Part shown: positions 47,540 to 60,300 of the stretch, piece after piece
Position numbering within the stretch: the stretch's first letter is position 1
Layout of the letters: each line of letters starts with the position of its first letter
Assembly: GCA_020137815.1 (NCBI GenBank)
Contig: CM035361.1
Span: 4,774,001 to 4,838,000, forward strand
Length of the DNA: 64,000 nucleotides
Origin: Hormiphora californensis
Taxonomy: Eukaryota > Animalia > Ctenophora
Direction: 5' to 3'
The notes under the pieces: model-generated
Told to the model about the DNA's origin: nothing
The model's database searches: none
What the model saw: only the letters and a program-made list of their open reading frames with translations
Position numbers and translations under genes: made by a program

Positions 47540-50500
47540 GACTCTATAGGCAGAGGGAGTATCTCCTACTCAATCGGATAGATCTCTCTATGCTACTGAC
47601 TCTCCTTACTCTCTATGACGGGTGCTATTTCTAGAGAGAAGAAATATTGTTGAATAGTATATATTATATGCAATGCATGCCATTATGATAGTCGTCTGCA
47701 GCTTCGAGTTTTACTCATTACTCCTTCATAAAACACTCAGCAGCACAGTCTCTGCTCCTTTATAAAACTTACCATCAGCATACCAATTTCCACGGCAATG
47801 GCAGCAATTATACCGATCTCTATAGTGAAGGCAAGAATTAACACAAAACACACCGACCATACCAAGAATTCCTTTCTGAAAAAAAGCATATCCAATTAAA
47901 AACTGTTACTGATACACACGTGTATGATGTATCACGCTGAGGAAGCCAATTTCTTGACTCGATCAGACCAAGACATGGTCTGAGATCACTTAGTGATGTT
48001 GGGGAAGCATTTTCGACATAAATTCTAATACCAAAAAACATGAACAGCATATTTTTTTCTTACTTGCTCACAGTCCAGAAATACCAAGGTTTCCTAAAGT
48101 CGATCATGGGATAAACTGCCACAATGATAACCGCAGCCAAACAGGAATCCGGAACGTACTGGAAGTAAGAGGATAGGAAACTGAAAAGTAGGTTAACATC
48201 ATCATACCATATTTGGTCATAAACACACATTTTCCATATATGGGCATCAATCATCATGAGATGATGTACCTTAATCCAGTCATCACAATTGCACTTGTAA
48301 AGAGACCACCAAGGGGAGTTTTAACACCGCTCATAAAATTCAGTGCTGTCCTCGAGAAACTGCCTGTCACCTGAAAAAGTTTAAAATGTGTGGAAAATGC
48401 GTGGAAAAATAATAACAAGAAATAGTAAATTCATGGTTGAACGGTTGCCAAGCTGGACTGTGTTTCGGGCGCCCCGTGGGTTAGAACATAACAAGTTGAA
48501 CGGTTGTTCAGTGAGTTCATACCGGATAACTTTGAAAGAATGCACCAACAACATTGCCCATCCCAAGGGCAATTAGCTCCTGACTGTTATCAACCTGGGA
48601 GAAGATTCAAGTGTGGATATTACCAAATTTGGTCATTTCCCCACACACACCATATATGGGCATTAGAGTCACGTGACATTTACCTGGTAACTTCCTTTCA
48701 CAGCAAAACTCTGGCCAATAGCGATGTGTTCTAAATATCCAATCGAGGCTACAAGTATTGATCCGCTTATCACTTGCGAAAACTCAAAACCTGCAAAAAC
48801 TCGTTTTTAACATCAAACCATATACTGTGTGATTTTAAATGACTGAGACTGGTATATTGCGAATTGCGTGAAAACTATGGCATCTTTCGACTTCAAATTT
48901 TGGGACATGATGAAACTAGGTTGTAGCAATTTTCTCCTAGTTTTACAGCAAATTTCAATGTTCCTGAATGAATCTATTGCCCAAAAACCTCCTCCAACTT
49001 TACACAGTCATATCTTTGGAGTCTAATAAGATAGAGAGTTCACATTTTTAGGAGAGACAGATAAGACGATTTCGAATGTTTTGTCTGCTTTATGAGTTGC
49101 TACATTTTACCATTTGTTCACAGGAACTGTTTAAAGTGATGTAACACGCTCTAATTAGGCCAAATTTAGGTCATTTTACCCCTCAAAGATCACATGTCCA
49201 GCTGCATATAGTGGGCTAATGAGGCCTTGAACACGCATACGTCACGTGTTACTGTAGATCTACAGCTCTCCTTTTCCATCTTGAACCAGCAGACATGATC
49301 ATGGTGTCTGGAAGTGGTAACAAGCAGTAGAAAACCAGACAGACTAGACGCTCTCTACTTCAACGTATCACTCTCTCCCTTTTTCGTTATAAGGTCACGT
49401 GACTGGAATTGGGATCTCGACATGGGAGAGAGAGAGAGAGAGAGAGAGTGTGTGTGTGTGTGTGAGAGAGAGAACGCTTTGTAGACATTGTGATCATGTC
49501 GAGATCCCAATTCCAGTCACGTGACCTTATAACGAGAAAGGGAGAGAGTGATACGTTGAAGTAGAGAGCGTCTAGTCTGTCTGGTTTTCTACAGCTTGTT
49601 ACCACTTCCAGACACCATGATCATGTCTGCTGGTTCAAGATGGAAAAGGAGAGCTGTAGATCTGCAGTAACACGTGACGTATGCGTGTTCAAGGCCTCAT
49701 TAGCCCACTAGATGCAGCTGGACATGTGATCTTTGAGGGGTAAAATGACCTAAATTTGGCCTAATTAGAGCGTGTTACATCACTTTAAACAATTCCTGTG
49801 AACAAATGGTAAAATGTAGCAACTCATAAAGCAGACAAAACATTCGAAATCGTCTTATCTGTCTCTCCTAAAAATGTGAACTCTCTATCTCATTAGACTC
49901 CAGAGATATGACTGTGTAAAGTTGGAGGAGGTTTTTGGGCAATAGATTCATTCAGGAACATTGAAATTTGCTGTAAAACTAGGAGAAAATTGCTACAACC
50001 TAGTTTTATCATGTCCCAAAATTTGAAGTCGAAAGATGCCATAGTTTTCACGCAATTCGCAATATACCAGTCTCAGTCATTTAAAATCACACAGTATGGG
50101 CATCACGTGTCACACCCCATATATGGGCATATATCTTACCTTTGCTGTAACACTGGGTTGTAGCGTTATCATTGCTGTCCCAACAACACCCAATATCTTT
50201 ACAGTGTGCTTCCTCAAGAGTCTTATTATCGAGGGTATGTGCACTTGCCAGACACGTCCACCGGAGGGACTCCTCAACATCTACCTCGCAGTAACTTTCT
50301 AATTGAGGGAATGTTGTGATGCCCAAATATGGTTTTGACCATATTTGGTGTTATTATGATATAGAGCTAACAAACTTTACCATCATGGTTCCACATGCCA
50401 CTAAATTGATCAATCCTTGGTCTTGGAAGGCCTCCCGTTATTTGCCCCACCATCGTGAACGTCTTATCTGAAATTACGATAGCTAGATTATCACGTGATG

Positions 50501-51283
50501 CCCATATATGGTGTTGTGTAAATAAAATGGGAAACAGCTTTGGAAGGCATGTGCATGTGTGTAGAAGTTGTGGGGGAGAGAATCAGAAAAGGGAAGCACA
50601 TCTGATTTAAATTATTATCTCGCATTTTGTAACGTTACACCAAGGAGTTTTCATTCAAGTGTCGAATATATATTATTTTTTCATGCAACCAAAAGGTAAC
50701 ATTCAGAGAGCCGGTGGAATAATTTGATCATGTAGAATTAGTTTGCTATGCCGAATCGATGCATAGAACATAACTCGAATTAGTAGAAATCATCCCCAAA
50801 ATAAAGATGCCACATGCAAATCAAATTGATCATTCCATTTCCCGCAACCACATCATTGTACGTGTAATAAACCTGTGCACAATGTACACAATATGTACAT
50901 AACAAATTGTTTTGTACCATTTCTAAACGCATAAGCGATGGATAACGCCCCCAGAACAACCACAATATTCCTACTAATTCCTACAAACCAAACAGCGGTT
51001 ATGCCCAGTGCTTTACGTCGGATGCTCCCTCCAGGCTCAACTGTAAACCTATAAGGGAGGGGGGACGTCGTTGTGATGCCCAAATTGGGTGTTCTAACAA
51101 CACCATATATGGGCATGACGTGATGTCTGTCTGTAATTCCAAGTGCTTTCTGTTTTTTTGTCTGATGCTCCCCGTTTTTATCGAATGCTAAAGTCCCAAC
51201 GGCAGCAAATAGGCGGGGAAGATGGGTGCTTTTAAAAAGATGCAGAGAGTGCTGCGGCTTTAGTATCACAGCGTATGTCGAGT

Positions 51284-51333
<50 letters not shown>

Positions 51334-54270
51334 TATCGAAATGCTCTTCAATGCAACTTCAAACCTCGATATTAAAGGATTAGTGCACAAGGTCAACTTG
51401 GGTTGTGTTGAGACTCCTTGGTGTGGGGACCCCTGCCCGACTAGTTTGGGCGGAAATGACCTTCACAAATCCACTATTCTGGGGGCACTCCCAGTGCTTA
51501 CAACGTGCGTGTCTGCACATACAGAGGGTCGCGTTGTAAGCACTGGGATTAGTCAGCACGGTGCTCCGTGGTTGCCAAATGCCAGAGGTCCCCTCTAGGT
51601 CGTACAACCGGTGGTTTAGCTCGGCAGGCTGGTCGAGGTTGAACGTCCTTCAGGAGCAGCGTGTCAGTCAAGTTTGAGTGCAGCCCAGTACGTGCGCCCA
51701 GAATAGTGGATTTGGGAAGGTCATTTCCGCCCAAACTAGTCGGGCAGTCCAAAATCTAAACCACACCCAGGGGTCCCCACACCAAGGAGTCTCAACACAA
51801 CCTAAAGTGCTTTTTAGGGCAAGATATTTATGAAAAATCAAAGAGGCTCAAGGAAAACTGATCGAGGTTTTACTATACTCGTTGTTTTCTCAACACACAC
51901 TGGAAAACTAATAAAACACACAATCTTCCCATATAATTATTACCATATATGGCATTATTATGGCCCATATCATTACCGTAGTTCATAAGATAAGCTGTTA
52001 TCGTCGCTGCTAGAACGATTATAATATTCCTGGAAACACCCATGAACCACAAAACTCGCAGCGCGGTATCTTGGACACGTGGAATCCGTACAGTTGTTGT
52101 CGAGTAAGCCCTGTAGTAGTATGTTAGTAGTTGTTATTTAGTTGGTAGTTAGATGGTAGTTGGGTTAGGAGTTAGTTGGTAGTTAGTTGTCGGTAGAAAT
52201 TCAGCAGATAACTACAGTACAAGTCTGCTGGTGGATGGGACCAATAACTGTACTTGGAACTTCCAAGTTGGAAGTGGAACAGTAAGTTCCCAATTTTGAC
52301 ATCACAGCACGAATTGTTGCAGATCAGATCTGAGCAACAACCGATGATCAACACCACAGCTATAATATAATCATGATAATAGCAACAGCCACTGTAACCT
52401 TCTAATTACACGAAGAGACAGCGGTCATATCACAACATCAAGTCGTCACAATGTCATTGTCACACAATGTTATGTCCCGCACAGTACTACACTTCACGAC
52501 GGTTATTCTACGTGTCACAGTATGTGTCCCACAGAGTTCACAAGCTTCACAACATTTAGCCGCAGCTCAATATTACGAGATTTGTCGCGTTGTCTGTCTA
52601 CTGATATGTCTCATCAGTGCCCCCTCCGTTAACCCCTCCCTCCCCGGCATGATGACATGTCTGTCCCCGGCTGCGGGGGAGCCCGGTACCGAGAGAAGGT
52701 GTAGTTCTGTTCCAAGTAGGGTGTTGTTCCGTTTCCGACGTTTTGGTTTCTGTCTCAGGCTGTGTAAATATCGTTTGTATCACGTGATGCCCATATATGG
52801 CGTTGTGTTTTATTTGGGTTATTGTTAAAATTTCAAATTCTAGTTCGTATTTTGTCGGCTAATTCCTGAATGCTTTTTACCAGGAACCGACCGAAATAAG
52901 TAAACAACCAATCAGAACTCGTTATTTAGGTCACGTGACTGGTTATCAGCCAATCAGGGACCAGTATTTCCTGATTCGGTCGGTTCCTGCTTTTTACCTG
53001 TTCCGCTTGTTTTCGGCCCATTTTTGAAGGAACCTGAGAAGGGCAAGAAGAATGATACAGGAAATACCAAGAACGGCATCGGGCCACCTGGTCTTCTTAA
53101 TATTCTTCAACGTATCATAGATGTTCTGCCAGAACTGTCTCCTAAAATAAGGATGTCACGTGATGCCCAAATACGGATGTCACGTGATGCCCAAATAAGG
53201 TAACAGTCAACTCCCAAATTAGTACTTAGATCGAGAATGACCTGAAATACGTGGTGCAAAAGTGTACGGAAATTCGGCGTGTTTGGGTGAGTCAGGAGTC
53301 TACTCAGTACACACACACACACACACGCAGACACACGTACACACCCATGTTGATTCTAACTAGTGCGAATTGTTTGGGTTGACCCCCCCCCCCCGTACAT
53401 GTGTGCTATAACAGTGGGCAATGATGCAGACAGTACACACTCTCTCTATCGTATTATGATGAGGTGATATTGGTGTGTGTGTGTGTTGGTGTGTTCGCAT
53501 GTGTATGTTGTTATTGTGTAAATGTGGAGTTATTGTGTAAATGTGTAGTTTCAATGAGTGGTAACGATATCACTCGACTGTGATTGGCGCTAAATTATAA
53601 CACTAACGATTTCCAAGATATAAGCATTATTTAAAATTCAAATGTGGTGCACCATGGGTACTTTACAGGAACCGACCGGACCAAGTAAACAACCAATCAG
53701 AACTCGTTATTTAGGTCACGTGACTGGTTATCAGCCAATCAGGGACCGGTATTTCCTAATTTGGTCGGTTCCTGGTACTTTACCTGACTCCCTTTATCCC
53801 AAGTAGCTTGCTGAATTGTCCGAATCCAATTGACAGTGCGGCAGCGGTAGTAAAACCACAAAGAATCGGCGTACTGATGACCCACACTAGAAAACCAAGG
53901 AAGAAAAATCCCATAATAATCTGAAAACAAGCCATTCAAACCCTGGAACATGAAACACACAAACATAAATCTATATATGGGCATGACGTGAAACAGTCCA
54001 TATATGGGCATATAATTTACCTGAATTCCTCCTGCAAATATACTGCACGTTAGGGCCAGCTTGGTGTTTCCCTTGGCAACCTCCGCCACGACCTGTGACA
54101 TGATTGCAGTGGGACCAATCCTGAAATGAAAATTAATTAAGTAGTTAACATTTATTATGACCATATATGGTGTTCATTGTTATCCAGTTAGTGAGCTTGT
54201 TGCACGATTTGTTATTAGATAGTTGCGGTTGGTAAAATTGTCTTTTGATATACCATGCGTGAATGTTAGA

Positions 54271-54319
<49 letters not shown>

Positions 54320-57300
54320 CCACTACACGCACCACTCCCACATGGGACCGTAAGGTCCCATGTGGGAACAGGGTTAAATCCCCCGAGCCCGGATCCTGTT
54401 GGATCTGAGGGCCCGGAGGGCCTGCGGAGTAAAGGTAGGTAGAACAATGTACAAAGGGGTAGGTTGAACAATGTACATATTGGTTAAGGTAAGGAAAAAT
54501 AAAATAGGGGAAGTAAAGCTCATGGTGGCGGAGCAAAAGACCTCCTAAACTATCTGGAAAGAAGCTCAGCCTGCTGGAACGGAATCTAAGAAGAGTCAAC
54601 CTATCGGGAACAAAACGTCTGGAACAACACGTCTGGAACGGGATCTAAGGCAGTCTAAGAGCAAGCAGGAACGGGTGAAACGGTAAAAACTAATACATAT
54701 ATACAGCTAGTGGGGTTACAGGAGGCTGATTACATATCGAGGAACTTCCGGAGCGTGTTCATCGAGTTGAAGAGGGCTGACTTTTGGAGCTGTGAGGGGT
54801 ATAATTGGCGGGTTATAGCCATCAGGTACTTCTCCAGTCGGGGGCTAACTCCGCCAAGGGCTCCAATCACGATGGGAATGACCGTGGCCTTTTTAAGTTC
54901 CCAGATTCGTGTGACCTCTCTCCTCAGTTCTTGGTACTTCTCGATCTTTTCCAGCTCTCTGTCAGAGACTAATCGGTCCTTTGGAACGGCGACATCGATG
55001 AGTAGTGCCTCCCTCTTTTGCTTGTCTAGGAGGACCAGGTCGGGTTTGCACGCCTCAATGGGGTTGTCCGTCTGGATGTGGAAATCCCAGAGGATCTTGT
55101 AATTCTCATTCTCGAGAACTTTCTCTGCATAGTGGCTCCACCACTTTGATTCAGCAGGAAATCCATAGTCCTTGCACATTCCCCAGTGTAGGGCAGCAGC
55201 TACTCGGTCGTGTCTGTGCTTATAGTCACCGTTGGCCAGCTTCTGACATCCGTTTAGGATGTGTTCGACTGACTCGTTATGCTGGTTGCATATGCGACAC
55301 TTCTCGGACTCTCCAGGTTGTTTCTCGATAGCAGCTGTCAGCCAGTTTGTGCGAGTGGCTTGCTCCTGGGCAGCAAATACATCAGCTTCGGTGTATCTGC
55401 TGAGGCTCTCTTTGTTGAGCCAGGCCCAGGTCGCATCAGGGTCGCATCCCCCTTCTTCAAGTTGCTTCAGGAAACGTCCATGCAGTGATTTACTCTTCCA
55501 GTTCTCTATCAGCTGCGCCTCCAGTCTTTCTGTCAGGGTTTCGGCCTCCTCTGGGAGTTCCGTCAGCATTCCTTCTCTTCCCATTGCTGTTTTGAGTGCA
55601 ATTATCTTGGGATCAGTTGAGTTGCTGAAGAACGTCGCTAGTCCTGTTCCTTCCCTTACTATAACGTCTTCAATCCTCTGGAGGCCTCTTCCTCCCTTCT
55701 TTCTGCTCACATATAGACGATCAACGTCGCTGTTGTATTTCAAGAACCCTTTTCTTAGGATTTTCCGAGTAATTAGGTCCAGTCCCTTGGCCTCTGTGGT
55801 GGTCCAATCCAGTATTCCGGCACCGTATCGAATCACCGGTATTGCCCACGTGTTGATTGCAACGACGAGGTTTTTACCAGACAGGTTGGAAGACAGTAGT
55901 TTCTTAAGTCTTCTGGTGTATTCGGTCTTAAGGGTACGCTAACCAAAATTTTTTTTCGAGTGCAGGGAAATCTCTCACCGCAGGGTTGTAGGCCATGCCA
56001 AGGAGACCTCAAATATGCAATTTTAGCCCTCAAGTCGAATTCATATTTTTGCTACAGCTGTTTAAAAAATGTCCTATAAATTCGTTTTTGGCATCTCAAA
56101 AAATTTTTTTTAAAGATAGGAGCATGAAAATTTAGGGATTTGAAGAGGACATGAAGGTGAATAACCACAAAAATTTTTTTTGCAATCCGAGCTGATTTCC
56201 GGTCCTAAGATGGAATTCTCTTTTTCCACTTTAACGCCCTATTTGGCAAAGTTCCGAAAACATGTGAAAGCTGTAAATTGGTGAAAAGTTGCGTCTAACG
56301 ATTATCTAAGTGGCCATACATTTTGGGCGTGTCCTTATTTGAGATAAGCTGTACAGAATTTTTTTTGTGAAAGCCGTCATTTCAGAAATAAGTAAATTCC
56401 CTGTATCTCAAAAACGGCTGATCGTAGAGACCTGAGACTATGCTTAAACGATTCAGAAGGTCCGATTTTGGGGGGGTCTTCTGAGAGACATTTTGCTCCT
56501 ACTTCAACCGTTTTTGCTGTAATTGCGAAAAACAAATTCTATGAAAAGGGCAAAAGCTAAACTCCAATATCCTGTAATTAGGGAATTTTGGCTAGGAAAG
56601 GACCGAAACTATGGAAAAATGTGTAACAAGCTAATTCCTTCACTATTTGGTCCATATGGGTCCCTATAATCACCAAAAACAAAATCACAAAAAATCCACG
56701 ATGGCGAAGATGGATTTTTGTTTTTCGCAATTACAGCAAAAACGGTTGAAGTAGGAGCAAAATGTCTCTCAGAAGACCCCCCCAAAATCGGACCTTCTGA
56801 ATCGTTTAAGCATAGTCTCAGGTCTCTACGATCAGCCGTTTTTGAGATACAGGGAATTTACTTATTTCTGAAATGACGGCTTTCACAAAAAAAATTCTGT
56901 ACAGCTTATCTCAAATAAGGACACGCCCAAAATGTATGGCCACTTAGATAATCGTTAGACGCAACTTTTCACCAATTTACAGCTTTCACATGTTTTCGGA
57001 ACTTTGCCAAATAGGGCGTTAAAGTGGAAAAAGAGAATTCCATCTTAGGACCGGAAATCAGCTCGGATTGCAAAAAAAAATTTTGTGGTTATTCACCTTC
57101 ATGTCTTCTTCAAATCCCTAAATTTTCATGCTCCTATCTTTAAAAAAATTTTTTTGAGATGCCAAAAACGAATTTATAGGACATTTTTTAAACAGCTGTA
57201 GCAAAAATATGAATTCGACTTAAGGGCTAAAATTGCATATTTGAGGTCTCCTTGGCATGGCCTACAACCCTACGGTGAGAGATTTCCCTGCACTCGAAAA

Positions 57301-60300
57301 AAATTTTTGGTTAGCGTACCCTTAACCTTGGCTTTCATTTCTTGATGTAGAATCGAGTCAGCCTCCAGGATACCAAGGTATTTATATCCACCATCTTCCA
57401 CTTCCGGGATTGTCTTTCCACTCGGTAGATCTATTCCCTGCATTCGACTTCTGACTCCGTCCACGATGTCTAGTGCTCCACATTTGGATATACCAAAGGA
57501 CATGTTAATGTCTGTGCTAAACTTCTCGGTGACTGCCAACAGCTGCTGTAGGCCCTCTTTCGAGCTAGCGTATAGTTTAAGATCGTCCATATAGAGGCGG
57601 TGGTTAATATCAATATCTGTGGTGGGTTCTTCTGGATCAGAAATGGTGTAGCCTCTTCCTTGGGCAGCTAGGAGCAAGGATAGGGGGATCAGTCCTATAA
57701 TAAAATGTATCGGGGAGACAGAGTCTCCTTGGAAGAGGCCTCTTTTAATGTGGACTTTGCCTAAGGTGGAGCTGGATTGGACTAAATTAACTATACACTG
57801 CTGGAACGATGCCTCGAACAGTCGTATGATCTGTGGGTTTATTTTCAGCATTTCCATTGATTTCAGAATCCAGGAGTGTGGGATCGAATCGTACGCCTTC
57901 TGGTAATCAATGAAGGACATATACAGGGAGGATTTGGTCCGTTTACAATGACGAAGTATAAGTTTGTCGATTGCTAACTGTTCTTTACATCCTCTGCTCT
58001 TCCTGCGGCAACCCTTTTGTTCTTCAGGGAAGAGTCCGTTAACGTCGAGGTGTAAGTAGATGTCCTCCGACAGTATTCCTGTATATAGCTTCCAGAGGTT
58101 TGGGAGGCAGGTTATGGGTCTGAAGTTCCCCGGATCGCTCATACCTTTCTTGGGGTCTTTCATCAGCAGGTATGTTCTGCCTTCCGTCATCCATCCTGGG
58201 ACCTGGCCTGTAGTAAGGCTTTCATTGAGCAGCTCAGCTATCCGTCCATGGAGACAGGCTGTGTGCTTGATCCAGAAGGCATGCAGGCCATCTATACCTG
58301 GGGACGACCAGTTGGTCATTCCCTTCACACGGGCGGACACTCTTTCCGTGGTGATCTGGAAGTCCTCTTGCTGGTTGACCGCCTCAAAGTTCTCTTGGAT
58401 TTCATCTAACCACTCTGCTTCAGTGTTGTGGCCGACGTCATTCTCCCATATGTCTTTCCAGAAGTTAAGTGTCCTCGTCTGGTCCTCTGGTGTGGATTCG
58501 TGCGGTATGGGGTCTGATCCTCGTTTCTTCTCTAACTTTCTGTAGAAGTTGCGCTGGTTGTTCTGGAACAGGTTATTGTCAGCGAAGGTCTGCTGCTTCT
58601 TCTTGTATCGTCTTATCTTTCCGGCCTTCGCTAGCAATCTCTGTTTGACCTCCTCTATTACTTGCTTATAGGCCTTTCTTGGGCAGGAGTGGGTATCTTC
58701 TATAGATAGTATCTATAGTTTGGAACTTTTGGGTGGCTCCTCTGCTCATTTCGGTCAGCCTGGATAGGTCTGAGCGAAGTTTGGCGACACTCTCCTCGAG
58801 TCGTCGCAGCCACATTGGTTGTTTGTTCCTTCCGGGGGAGTTGCTGGTGGTTTAACTTGGTGGCTTTATACCCATTTGTTCCCGGACAACATGGGCTACC
58901 ACCATCAGGAGGGTGTTCAGTGTGGTAAGGTCTGGGACTTCAAACGACCTGATGACCGGACTAAGTCGGTCGATTGCCACACGTAGTTTTCCCCATGGGA
59001 CCTGTCTCAGGTCAGTGACCTTGATGAGGCTCGGTTCATCAAGGAGTTTTTTGAACAGCTCTCTGGTTTCAGGGTTAGGCGCTGGTTCTTCGTTTTCCAC
59101 TGGGTTTGTAGGTGCAACGGGTTCTGGAGATGGATTGTCCTCTGGCTCAGCCTGCCGAGCCGCGTTGTCGTTCTCACGTTCAGATGTGGCCGCTTCTCTG
59201 ATTTCCATGAGCCTTTGTGGTGAAAAGAGTCCCGTATGAGTTATAGAATTCATTTGGGATCTGAGCTGGGTATCAGTCTTGGAAGGGTAGGTTGTCTTTA
59301 ACCATCTCTCCTCCACTCGATTCCACACTCCTCTTATTTCTGGCTGTGAGTACCAGTGGATAAACACGAGCGTAGTGTTCATTTCTGTGGTCCATTTCGT
59401 CCGTGGCGCTTTAGTAGGGGGTGGTGGTGGGGGTGGTGGTGGGGTTGGGGCATCGGTGGTGTCCCCATTCGTTGTTGTACTGGACCAGCGGTGTTACTAT
59501 TAACCGTGAGGTCCACTACCGGGAGTAACGTTTAGGCCAGTTGCTAGGGCTTGCATATCTGTCATCTCCGTCGGAGTTACCATGTGTTCAGATTTCTCTA
59601 TAGATCTGAACTGCCCAGCGAGTTTTTTACCTGGCAGTGGGTCATATCCTTTATCTTCCCACAGGCGTTCTAGCCTCTTCCAGGATCCGGATGTGCCTGG
59701 GTTACTGCGGTAGTAGCAGTATACCAAGTCTAGGTTCTCTTGCTTAGACCAGACCTTCCTTGGTTTTCGGGTGTTTGTACTCATGTCGTATAAGATGAGT
59801 AAGTTTTGGGGGTGAGTTTCAAACCAATCACTGTATATTCATAGTCATCGGTTTGTTGAAAGAAGAGCCGGGTTTGGGGGTCTTAACACTGACACCGGTG
59901 AGCAGCGGTAACGGAATCCCACCGCCACATTTGGTCCGTTAGTAGATGGCTTGCCCGTCCATCCTTGCAGCTTTTCAGCACGAACCGACACTTTCAGCGT
60001 ACGGGTGTGTATCTATATAATATGTTGGATCTGGGACAGGGGCCAGTGTGAAGCATTATGATCAACGGGAACGGGTTAAACTATCCTCTCCGGAACGGGG
60101 CAACTATCATCTGTGGAGCGGGGTGAACTATCCTCTCTGGAACGGGGTAAACTATCCTCTCAGGAACGGGGTATGGGGTAGACTATCCTCTCTGGGACGG
60201 GGCAACTATCCTCTGTGAAGCGGGGTAAACTATCTTCTCAGGAACGGGGTATGGGGTAGACTATCCTCTCTGGGGCGGGGCAACTATCCTCTGTGAAGCG

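Noticed and set aside
52172-52402. Cys-rich ORF as another alternative SLC26 exon
   Set aside because: Stop codon in the phase required after exon 6, and no similarity to exons 7a/7b.
55005-59239. Plus-strand ORFs of 100-227 aa
   Set aside because: Antisense shadows of the retrotransposon ORF.
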